Shown: one piece after another, positions 9,962 through 18,289 of the stretch
How the letters are laid out: every line of letters starts with the position of its first letter
Position numbering within the stretch: the first letter of the stretch is position 1
DNA from: Candidatus Moranbacteria bacterium GW2011_GWF2_35_54
GTDB taxonomy: Bacteria; Patescibacteriota; Minisyncoccia; Moranbacterales; UBA9337
Assembly (NCBI GenBank): GCA_000990945.1
Contig: LBQR01000003.1
Coordinates: forward strand, 11,089 to 75,088
Direction: 5' to 3'
DNA length: 64,000 nucleotides
Translations under genes and position numbers: made by a program
Notes under the pieces: generated by a model
The model's database searches: none
The model's input: the letters and a program-made list of their open reading frames with translations, nothing else
What the model was told of the DNA's origin: nothing

Positions 9962-10108
9962 CTGTTTTATCTTTAGAGAAAACTGAATAATTACAAAAAT
10001 ATGTAAAAAAATTATAAAATTTACTTGACTTTTGCCGTTAAAATCTATATCCTTTTATCACCTAGCTCATTTGTTTATTTACCCACTTTTACAAAGGAGG
10101 TTCATCTA

Positions 10109-10405
10109 ATGCAGCAAATCACTTGTAAAAAAACCATGTATTGGCGACAGGTTCCGCACTATTCTGGCTCTCTTACTGAAAGAAGTGAGCCTGATCCAGA
10201 ACTCGTCGAAAGAGAGCAAATTACGGAAGTATTCACGGCTGGAAAAAAATATCCCATCACTATCCAAGTAGGTGGAGGTGCTTGTGGCGACGTGGATATT
10301 GCAATCAGTGCGCAAGGCAACGACGGCAAGAATTATACGATACTAGCAGTTCATGATGCTCTTCTCTCAAATCGAAATGTCTCAAATAAATTTGTTTACA
10401 ATTAA
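10109..10405 (+). CDS. Hypothetical protein
   Basis: AAAGGAGG before the ATG at 10109, TTGACT upstream at 10025, terminator hairpin at about 10433-10457. Confidence 0.65.
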   Translation: MQQITCKKTMYWRQVPHYSGSLTERSEPDPELVEREQITEVFTAGKKYPITIQVGGGACGDVDIAISAQGNDGKNYTILAVHDALLSNRNVSNKFVYN

Positions 10406-10545
10406 ACATCTGCTCAACGAGAAATTCCCTATGGCCCCGAAAAAAAATCGGGGCTTTATTATTTTATAAAAATTTCAATTAAATTCTCTCCCCCAAACAA
10501 CTCTTCCAACTCAGCTGTTAATTTTGTTTTATCCATAAATTTTGT

Positions 10546-11142
10546 TTATATCAAAATAACTTTTTCATCTTCAATAAAAACTGCCTGCTTATCAGTTAGA
10601 GCGATTACGGATTCCTCTTTTCTTTTTTCTTTAAACTCCTGTACATTTTTTTCTTCTTCAGCGCTATAGTGCGGAGTTATAATATACGAAATTAATCCCA
10701 ATCCTGTTAAATCAATAAGATCTACGTCGTTTATATCTGCGTTACCAATTCCTGCCGCCTCAATATCTGGTCCAGCAATAATTGAACCGGCACTTACTCC
10801 GATATAAAATTTGCCACCCTTTACTGCTGAAATTAAAACTTTATCCAAACCAGTCTTTCTCATCCTATCCAAAATATAAAAAGTATTTCCCCCGCAAACA
10901 TAATAAACATCATATTCCATCAAACTAGAAAGATCTTTTTCTTCGGAAATATTTATTTCATCATGCTTGAGTCCTATTTCCCCCAGTTCTTTACGATAAT
11001 AATCCATCCACTGCCAGTCACTCTCATCTCTAATGGTGTGAATCAAGCAGACTTTTTTATCTTTTAATGTATCAAATTGAGAAATAAAAAAATCTACAAT
11101 TTTTCTGCTAGTCATCCCATCAGAAGTAAGTAATAGTTTCAT
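10546..11142 (-). CDS. Peptidase E / S51 family (class I glutamine amidotransferase-like)
   Basis: MKLLLTSDG, YVCGGNTFY, IGVSAGS, ITPHY. Confidence 0.9.
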   Translation of the reverse strand: MKLLLTSDGMTSRKIVDFFISQFDTLKDKKVCLIHTIRDESDWQWMDYYRKELGEIGLKHDEINISEEKDLSSLMEYDVYYVCGGNTFYILDRMRKTGLDKVLISAVKGGKFYIGVSAGSIIAGPDIEAAGIGNADINDVDLIDLTGLGLISYIITPHYSAEEEKNVQEFKEKRKEESVIALTDKQAVFIEDEKVILI

Positions 11143-11178
11143 AAAATTATTTTTAAATATTAACCTTTTCATATCTTT

Positions 11179-11207
11179 ATTTTATCACTCTGTGCCTCCA
11201 AAATCCA
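11179..11207 (-). promoter_or_regulatory. Promoter TGGATT-17-TAAAAT
   Basis: Minus strand TGGATT ttggaggcacagagtga TAAAAT. Confidence 0.65.
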
Positions 11208-11285
11208 GCACAAAAAAATAAACGGCAGCTTCGCATTGTTGCGATTCTGCCGTCTCAGCCAAATAAAATTATTAGGGGATTATTC

Positions 11286-12380
11286 CTAGCATGGTAAAGG
11301 AAGATAAACTCCTGACCATTTTCTCTGGCCATGGCTCTTTTTGGTAATTTTAACCAAGGTTTCTATTTTCTCTATCTCTACTCCACTTTCTCTAGCATTT
11401 GAATGAAGAAATTTTTCCACTGTCGGAGCTTCAATGGTGGGAGTGAAACTGAATTCAACTTCTCTGACACTTCCTCCTTTTAGGATAACCTTGGCGTTAT
11501 AAACACCTTCAGCGTGCTTCGACTTCTTATCTTTTGGCTTCCAAGTTCCAATAAACTTAGAACCATCTAGGAAATCAACAGCAAACTCCGTCGTCTTACC
11601 TGCTAGTAGTTCACGAAATTTATCTATTGCCTCCTGTATCCAAAGATCTTCCTCCTGCAATAATCTTGGTTTATAACCTCCACCTTTTTCCCAATAGGTG
11701 CCGTCATGCCAATAAACAATTTTCCTCTCTTCTTTTCTTCCTCCAGAACAGCAACTTTTTTCTAAAAAAGTACGCACCCCCATACAGCGCTTCACGGTGG
11801 GAATTTTTTCAAGAAAATCCCAAACAATATATTTAGCACCAAATCTAAATTCGGGATCATCTTGGATTAAATCCAAAAAAACATAATCCCCTTGGAGCAA
11901 TTGATTGCCTTTGGCATAAAACCAAGGAGTTAAAATTCCGCATTCCACTTTTCGCAAAAAACCTTTTTGCTTAAGAATATGTTCATGATCATATGAACTT
12001 ACATAATGCCTCCACGCTTTTTTTGCATTCTCTATTGTATCAAATTCAAAAAAACAAGTTTTATCGTGAGGAACGTACTGATAAACCACTGTTCCACAAC
12101 GACCATCTGGAGGATTTTTTATTTCCAGAACTTCGATGTAACTATTGCTCCCTCCCGCATACTCATGCTGAACAATGTCATATCGAGTATGTTTTTGAAA
12201 AATATCATTTTTAACTACACCCGTTATCGGCAAACTAAGAAAGTTTACCTCTTCGATAGCTTCTGCTATGCGATCAATATCATCGGGGTGAGCAGCAAAT
12301 TGAATAATTTGGCCTGAAGCTGTTACAACTTCTCTGGAAATAAAAAGATTCAAACATTCCTTCTTGCGATTATTTTTCAT
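11286..12380 (-). CDS. Hypothetical protein (364 aa)
   Basis: Long ORF with SD AAGGAGA, a TTGCTT-17-TAAAAT promoter near 12477-12505 and a downstream hairpin near 11221-11254; no family recognised. Confidence 0.75.
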   Translation of the reverse strand: MKNNRKKECLNLFISREVVTASGQIIQFAAHPDDIDRIAEAIEEVNFLSLPITGVVKNDIFQKHTRYDIVQHEYAGGSNSYIEVLEIKNPPDGRCGTVVYQYVPHDKTCFFEFDTIENAKKAWRHYVSSYDHEHILKQKGFLRKVECGILTPWFYAKGNQLLQGDYVFLDLIQDDPEFRFGAKYIVWDFLEKIPTVKRCMGVRTFLEKSCCSGGRKEERKIVYWHDGTYWEKGGGYKPRLLQEEDLWIQEAIDKFRELLAGKTTEFAVDFLDGSKFIGTWKPKDKKSKHAEGVYNAKVILKGGSVREVEFSFTPTIEAPTVEKFLHSNARESGVEIEKIETLVKITKKSHGQRKWSGVYLPLPC

Positions 12381-12514
12381 GATTTCTCCTTCGCTTGAAT
12401 TTTATTTAAGAATTATATTTTTTAGAGAAAAATTAAACATGACAAAGAGCTTTTTTGCGTTTTCACTAGTTTACAATTTTAACATTCAGTACCCGAAAAA
12501 GCAAGTTTATAGAG

Positions 12515-13381
12515 TTAACGAGTAAAACCTAGAATAAAAATTCCCGCTATTGCCAGCCCGGCTGACAGGAGTTTTCTGGTTGTCCCCTTGGTCTGTTTCA
12601 AAACAAAGAACTCAAATAAAATAATAAGAAATATTTGAGAATTATTAATAGCATCAATGCGCCCCACTTCTCCTCCAAAAGTATAGGCAGTGAAAGTAAA
12701 AAAATTATACAAGAAATACCCAATTGCCGAAATCATAATCGGCTTATAAGCAGAAAAATCTTTTCCCCTGATTGAATTTATAATTTTATTTCTTCCCATT
12801 ATGAAACCCCAAACAGCTATCATTAGAAATGACCAAAAAATATAAATTAGTGGGTGAATATTTGATACAATACTTTTATCTAATACATAGAGTATTCCAA
12901 AAATAATTCCAGCCACCAGTCCACAGAAATGATTTTTCTCCAAAAGAATGTTTTTATAATTTACTGCGATAATAGCCGATAAAACTAAGCCGATTCCGAT
13001 AAATTTCAAATAATTAACTGACTCGGAAAAAAATATAATCCCAAAAAAAGTAGAGACTACCGCAGACAAAGAGACGAAAATTGTTGAAATACTAATATTT
13101 TTTACCTTAAAGCTTTTTAAATAAAGAATCATCACCAAAGATCCCAAAAAACTAACCAACAAAATCTTTGGGAAAATTGCTATGTTGAAAATAGAAAAAA
13201 ATTGGTCAGATAAATCAAATATAAAAATAAAAGGTATGGTAAGAATTGATTGAAAAAGAAAAGTAAAAACAGCGCTAGCTCTAGCGCTAAAAGGGTTTTT
13301 TGAATTTAATAAATGTTGTTGTGTCAGCTCCGCTACAGCTAGCGCAAAAACTGAAAGAATACTAAAAATAAACCAAGTCAT
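12515..13381 (-). CDS. EamA/DMT family transporter
   Basis: About 10 TM helices in two EamA-like repeats; start taken at MTWFIFS. Confidence 0.85.
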   Translation of the reverse strand: MTWFIFSILSVFALAVAELTQQHLLNSKNPFSARASAVFTFLFQSILTIPFIFIFDLSDQFFSIFNIAIFPKILLVSFLGSLVMILYLKSFKVKNISISTIFVSLSAVVSTFFGIIFFSESVNYLKFIGIGLVLSAIIAVNYKNILLEKNHFCGLVAGIIFGILYVLDKSIVSNIHPLIYIFWSFLMIAVWGFIMGRNKIINSIRGKDFSAYKPIMISAIGYFLYNFFTFTAYTFGGEVGRIDAINNSQIFLIILFEFFVLKQTKGTTRKLLSAGLAIAGIFILGFTR

Positions 13382-13413
13382 TTGTTTGTTTAACGCTAAA
13401 ATATTATACTTTA

Positions 13414-13442
13414 ATTCTACCATCCCACACTCCCAAAATCCA
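13414..13442 (-). promoter_or_regulatory. Promoter TGGATT-17-TAGAAT
   Basis: Minus strand TGGATT ttgggagtgtgggatgg TAGAAT. Confidence 0.65.
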
Positions 13443-13493
13443 TACAAACAAAAAAACCGCTAAATTAATTAGCAGTTTTTTGTTTGATAAAGC

Positions 13494-14216
13494 TTAACCA
13501 ACTAAGCTTTTATAGTTTCTGGCCCAGTATTGAATTTGTGAGGCATACCATTCATACTGGCTTGAAGTTGATCCGGAGAGATACATCTTCGAAGCATTTC
13601 TTTCCGCCCACACATCGTGTTCGACTACGCCAGGAACGTCAGCTACTTTGAGCGCCATTGCTAGCACCCCATGGCGCACGTTCCAAGGATCAGGATTATC
13701 TGTCCCGACAATCTCTGAAATTTCATCTTTGTATTCCATCCAGGTATCGGGCATGAATTGTGGAATACCCATTGCTCCACCAGTTCCTGCATAAGGAGGG
13801 TTACAAGAAACTTTTAATTTCTCATAATCATATCCCAAGTTATCCGCGATATCCTGGATAATTTCTTTTCGTTCTTGAAAAGTTTCCCAAGCCTGTTCGC
13901 TCAAAAACCCTCTTTGATGAGAATTTTGCGCACCCTCCACCACCTCTTGGAAAGTACATTGTCCGGTATTTTTTCCCAAGTTAGATTCAACCACCAGCAT
14001 CCCCATTAAAAAGTCTTTGCGTACCCCGGTTATCCGGCTGGCAAATTCCACTTGTTTCTCAACTTCTTTTGGATCAGGATTATTATTGGGAATCTTTTTC
14101 CCTTCTGCTATTATTAATCCTCGTTTTTCTACTATTTGATCAATTTTATTATCATCGGAATCCTTGGCCTGAATCGAAGCGATCGGCACAAGACCCAGCA
14201 AAATAATCACATACAT
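13494..14216 (-). CDS. Lytic murein transglycosylase (SLT/MltB-like)
   Basis: Catalytic VESNLG, GGAMGIPQFMPDTW, DPWN. Confidence 0.85.
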   Translation of the reverse strand: MYVIILLGLVPIASIQAKDSDDNKIDQIVEKRGLIIAEGKKIPNNNPDPKEVEKQVEFASRITGVRKDFLMGMLVVESNLGKNTGQCTFQEVVEGAQNSHQRGFLSEQAWETFQERKEIIQDIADNLGYDYEKLKVSCNPPYAGTGGAMGIPQFMPDTWMEYKDEISEIVGTDNPDPWNVRHGVLAMALKVADVPGVVEHDVWAERNASKMYLSGSTSSQYEWYASQIQYWARNYKSLVG

Positions 14217-14401
14217 TAAATTAATTAAACGTCTACTTATTTTTTGTCTACAAATATGTTTACTTTTAATAATTAGCTTGCCCTCTCAATTTACCCCATC
14301 TCAAGCTGAGACAAGGCACCTAGGGCTATTAAATTTCTATTCAATTGTACTATGCCAATAAAAAAATTCCTTATGGGAATTATATCTTTATGGTGCTGTC
14401 T

Positions 14402-14430
14402 ATTATACCCTTTTTACCAAATCTCGTCAA
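14402..14430 (-). promoter_or_regulatory. Sigma70 promoter
   Basis: Minus strand TTGACG-17-TATAAT. Confidence 0.7.
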
Positions 14431-14600
14431 GTTTTTTTGCTCTACAGTTAAACTTTACATTTATTAAGATAGTTGTGAAAATTTTTAAGATCTCCAACCT
14501 AAGGACATGGTCATCAATCAAAAGCCATCCGTCATCAAAGTTAAAATGTACTTCGATGACTGATTGCGGATGACAAATGGCTTTTGACTTGATTGTTTTT

Positions 14601-14655
14601 ATGGTTTAATGCTAAATTGTTTTAATGTTATTTTGTTATTATGTTAACGTACTAA
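14601..14655. repeat. Octamer tandem array (reverse complement of the TTAGCAYR/TTAACATA family) overlapping the murE stop codon
   Basis: atgctaaa ttgtttta atgttatt ttgttatt atgttaac gtactaa. Confidence 0.65.
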
Positions 14656-15998
14656 AGTGCATTAAGTTCTTCTAATATCACTTTTCTATCATTCCAGAGA
14701 ATTTTTTTATCACCCACCACCATTGATTCCTCGGCGCCCATCCCTGTTACCGCAATGATATCATCAGCTTGCGCAATATTTAAAGCAAAACGAATTGCCT
14801 CTCGCCTATCCATAATCCTCCAACAATTAACTCCTTCTTTTTTCTTATTAGAAATTTTGTCATTTCCGACAACCCCTTTAAACACTTCATTTATAATATT
14901 CTCAGGATTTTCCCTATACGGTTCATCATTAGTCACGATAACAAAATCCGCATATCGTGCCACAATCTCACCAATGATAGGCCTCTTGCCACGATCTCGC
15001 TCTCCGCAAGCGCCAAAAACTGCAATAATTCTAGCTTCGGGTTTTTTAATTTTTGCCAGTAAAGAATACAATTTTTTCAAAGCTTCAGGCGTCAATGCAA
15101 AATCCACTAAAATATTTAGCCCTTTTTCATTGGGTACATATTCCATCCTGCCAGGGACACCTTTGATTTTTTCGATAGCCTTAGCGCAAGTCTCCAAACT
15201 AATTCCTTCCGAAATTCCCACACTGATTGCCGCTAAAGCGTTTTCGATATTAAAATCTCCTACCAGATTTAAAGTGAATTTTGAACCTTGCCTGCCGGCA
15301 GGCAGGTTTTGAATTTTGAATTTTGAATAGTTTATTCCAAGTTCAATGTCTTCGGCAATAACAGGAGTTAGTTTGCAACTTGTAGTTTGTAGTTTGTAGT
15401 TTTCATTCTTTAAACTATAACCAAAAATTTCTCTAGCCTTACAGTCTAGATATTCTTCCGGTTTCTCCATATCTAAGTTTACAATCGCCGTTTCCACTTT
15501 ATCAAAAAGCTTTCTTTTGGCTTGGCGGTATTTTTTCATGGTCTTGTGATAGTCTAAATGTTCGCGCGTTACATTGGTAATTACGGCTGTTTTATAATTA
15601 ATCCCCCATACGCGATGTTGATCTAATGAATGTGAGGAAGTTTCTAAAACTAAATATTCACAGTTAGCATCCACCGCTTGCCTAATAAATTTTTGCACTG
15701 CAAAAGCTGACAATGTGGTAAAATGTGAAAGATTGGTCCATTCTTTTTCGTTAAGTTTAAAATTAATCGTCGAAGCCATGGCTACTTTTCTCGCCCCGAG
15801 TCCAGAGTTAGGATTTTCGGGGCTGTCTGCCTCTTCTAAAATTTTAGTTATTATTTGAACTGTGGTAGTTTTTCCATCCGTGCCGGTTACTCCGATAACT
15901 TTTATTTTCCTGCTTGGAAAACCAAACCAAATATTGGCCAAGATAGCTTGAAACAAATGATAAATATTTTTTAAACTTTGAGGTATTAATTTCTTCAT
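14652..15998 (-). CDS. murE: UDP-N-acetylmuramyl-tripeptide synthetase MurE
   Basis: GVTGTDGKTTT, LETSSH, TNVTREHLDYH, GVPGRME, VFGACGERD, DRREAI. Confidence 0.9.
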   Translation of the reverse strand: MKKLIPQSLKNIYHLFQAILANIWFGFPSRKIKVIGVTGTDGKTTTVQIITKILEEADSPENPNSGLGARKVAMASTINFKLNEKEWTNLSHFTTLSAFAVQKFIRQAVDANCEYLVLETSSHSLDQHRVWGINYKTAVITNVTREHLDYHKTMKKYRQAKRKLFDKVETAIVNLDMEKPEEYLDCKAREIFGYSLKNENYKLQTTSCKLTPVIAEDIELGINYSKFKIQNLPAGRQGSKFTLNLVGDFNIENALAAISVGISEGISLETCAKAIEKIKGVPGRMEYVPNEKGLNILVDFALTPEALKKLYSLLAKIKKPEARIIAVFGACGERDRGKRPIIGEIVARYADFVIVTNDEPYRENPENIINEVFKGVVGNDKISNKKKEGVNCWRIMDRREAIRFALNIAQADDIIAVTGMGAEESMVVGDKKILWNDRKVILEELNAL

Positions 15999-16011
15999 AA
16001 TATAGTCTTCT

Positions 16012-16092
16012 CCCCCTCCCTCTTGCCTGCCCCGTCAGATATTTTTCTGACTGGGGTACCCAAGGGGGAGGTGCCTGAAAGGCGGAGGGGGT
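16012..16092 (+). repeat. Family A variant carrying a nested family-D-like hairpin (about 16026-16059)
   Basis: ccccctccctcttg[cctgccccgtcagatatttttctgactggggtac]ccaagggggaggtgcctgaaaggcggagggggt. Confidence 0.75.
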
Positions 16093-16138
16093 TTCTTTTA
16101 GCACGTTAGCATATTAATGATAAAATAAAGGACTCCCT

Positions 16139-16227
16139 GTGTCATCTCGAGCGCAACGACAGTGGAGTCGAGAGATCTAACAAATTTTATTTTTTGAGTA
16201 CAAAAATATATCCGGTCGAAATGACAT
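16139..16227 (+). repeat. Family B element, copy 1 (internally deleted)
   Basis: gtgtcatctcgagcgcaacgacagtggagtcgagagatctaa...ggtcgaaatgacat; longer copy at 52829-52945. Confidence 0.88.
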
Positions 16228-16330
16228 GCTAAATTTTAAAAACTTCCCCTTTATTCTATCCCACTTTAAAAATATTTCCAAGGAAATTTTAAAGGGCGGG
16301 AAATGACTGCTGTCATCTCCCGCCCCGTTC

Positions 16331-16921
16331 TCAATATCGCTTTCGGCCTCCATGCTGAGAGCGATCAAACTCCTTATGATACATTTTCTCGTAATAACCA
16401 ACCAGATCTGGAAGGCTATAAGGAGGGTCAAATATCTCCCTCTTTGCATCCCGCTTGGCTTTCTCTCTAACCGAAAGTTTGCATTCCGACATAAAAACAT
16501 CGTAATACACCTGCTCCAGCTCCCGAGACAATCCAGTTGGTAAATCGTAACGAAGTTCACGAGCATCCTGCCTTGCTTTCATTTCAAGTTTCTCAGCTCG
16601 TTGAGCAAATTCTCCATACTCCGGATTCTTTGCTCGGTAATCCGTCACCCCCTGCTCGTATTCTCTGTGGCGATACTCATTAAAATCTCGCCGATTGGAA
16701 TATTTTTCGAAGCTTTCATATGCCCTCTCGTATTCCTCGTGATACTTTCCGGGAACACCTTCATATGACATACGTCCAGCTCTGGCATGCTTCTCTGCCA
16801 AATCTATGGCAAGCTGATATTCTTGATCATCCTTTAACCGGCGTGCATCTATTTTTTCATCACGCCTTCCTTTGTTATAGTCAGGCCCTCCTATTTCTTC
16901 CGTGATAACCATTTTCATCAT
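16331..16921 (-). CDS. Hypothetical highly charged helical protein
   Basis: 196-aa ORF overlapping the upstream lipoprotein gene; GC-rich hairpin downstream near 16293-16327. Confidence 0.65.
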   Translation of the reverse strand: MMKMVITEEIGGPDYNKGRRDEKIDARRLKDDQEYQLAIDLAEKHARAGRMSYEGVPGKYHEEYERAYESFEKYSNRRDFNEYRHREYEQGVTDYRAKNPEYGEFAQRAEKLEMKARQDARELRYDLPTGLSRELEQVYYDVFMSECKLSVREKAKRDAKREIFDPPYSLPDLVGYYEKMYHKEFDRSQHGGRKRY

Positions 16922-17156
16922 ACACTTCCGCCCCTACTCCAACACCATTGAAGGAAACAGAGCCCTTAATTCCATCATTGGGAATGTGGGTTTTTTTAAC
17001 CTGAAGACCCCCAGTACCATTTTTTTGAGAAGAATCAATCTTCTCCTGCTCGGCTTTATATTCAGTCCAAGACTTCTCCGGCAACATTCCCGCACAACCA
17101 TACAAAAATGACATGGATAGAAACAAACCAATCAGCGCTATTATGTTTTTTACCAT
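16881..17156 (-). CDS. Small putative lipoprotein
   Basis: Signal peptide with lipobox-like LYGC; SD AAGGAGG. Confidence 0.7.
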   Translation of the reverse strand: MVKNIIALIGLFLSMSFLYGCAGMLPEKSWTEYKAEQEKIDSSQKNGTGGLQVKKTHIPNDGIKGSVSFNGVGVGAEVYDENGYHGRNRRA

Positions 17157-17296
17157 ATTGAGGCCCTCCTTGAGCCTGTTTTCATTGAAAAATTTCGTAT
17201 AATCCCCAAATCTATTAAGATTTTGGAGATATTTGTCAAATTTACTATTTCATATCAGTATACCATATTTGACATTAAATGTCAAATTTTGCACGG

Positions 17297-17491
17297 GTAA
17301 CTCTTCACTGACCCCCCCCCTTCTCATATCTTTTTTTACCCGTCTCTGCGAGTAATTTTTGTACTCAAAAATTGCGTGGCAGTCTATAGAATATAATATA
17401 CAATTCAATCTGGGTCCTGGATTGCCACGACGGAGTACCGTCTCGCAAAGACAAACCTGTTTGTGCCGTAAAGGGGTCAGTGAGGAATTAC
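17297..17491. mobile_element. Non-autonomous MITE with 19-bp imperfect TIRs and 9-bp target duplication; contains family C copy 2
   Basis: TIRs gtaactcttcactgacccc / ggggtcagtgaggaattac; direct repeat tttgcacgg at 17288-17296 and 17492-17500. Confidence 0.8.
17340..17457 (+). repeat. Family C element, copy 2
   Basis: Arms nearly identical to 9856-9961 with compensatory stem changes. Confidence 0.9.
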
Positions 17492-17613
17492 TTTGCACGG
17501 CGTAGTCTGCTGTTTTAGCTTTATCCATAGTTTCATAATAAAAACAGGGTAGCCAAAATTTTTTGACTCCCTGTCTCACTTGCATCAAAGAAATTTCTTT
17601 ATATTATTATTTT

Positions 17614-17644
17614 ACCCGAGGTGTAGCACCTACACCTCGGGTAT
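17614..17644. repeat. Perfect REP-like palindrome or terminator
   Basis: tacccgaggtgtag-cac-ctacacctcgggta. Confidence 0.7.
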
Positions 17645-17662
17645 TATTTGAGCAAACCCCAA

Positions 17663-17845
17663 TCAACACCTGGAAGCATTACCACTAGAATTTCTAGCAC
17701 CTCTTTCCGTTTCAAATTTCAAGCACACATATGCGCATGTATCCACTGAATTTTGAATCGTTTTAGAGCTTATATGCCCCCATTGAACCTCTGTGCCCGT
17801 ATCATCGAAAAGAACCACCCATTTTTCATCATCTTTTTTTTCCAT
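17663..17845 (-). CDS. Small hypothetical protein, paralog of 17890-18105
   Basis: SD AAAGGAGA; motif WxVLFx7WGxI. Confidence 0.6.
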   Translation of the reverse strand: MEKKDDEKWVVLFDDTGTEVQWGHISSKTIQNSVDTCAYVCLKFETERGARNSSGNASRC

Positions 17846-17889
17846 AACACCATCTCCTTTTACATTATACCCTCGCATATAATTTCTTC

Positions 17890-18105
17890 TCACTCGTCAT
17901 TTTTAATCATTGCATCAAATGCTTCTTGTGCGCTAAGCGCAGATTCACACTCGAAAACCAGCCTTCTTGGATATTGCCCCCTATTCTCAAAAATAACCAT
18001 ATCATCCTTGTGACCTATTATCTCGCCCCAACAGAATGGCTGATTATTAGCGTTAAAAAGAACTCCCCACTCTCCATCACCTTTAACAATAGCGATATTA
18101 TTCAT
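17890..18105 (-). CDS. Small hypothetical protein, paralog of 17663-17845
   Basis: SD AGAGGAGG; motif WxVLFx7WGxI. Confidence 0.65.
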   Translation of the reverse strand: MNNIAIVKGDGEWGVLFNANNQPFCWGEIIGHKDDMVIFENRGQYPRRLVFECESALSAQEAFDAMIKNDE

Positions 18106-18289
18106 TGTTTTTCCTCCTCTTATTTTAACAACAAAAAAAATCGCCCATTTTTTTAGGCGACCAGCTTCTTTGTCTATCAATTTTTATCCAAACAATTAGA
18201 AACAAGCTCGCCCTAAGCGATTATTATTGTTATTATTTGGATTTGATTGATAAATTCTCTTCATACTTTGATTATATATCTTTTGGATT

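Noticed and set aside
15844-17588. ORFs 15844-16104, 16177-16566 and 17250-17588
   Set aside because: They run through repeat elements or overlap better-supported genes and lack start signals.
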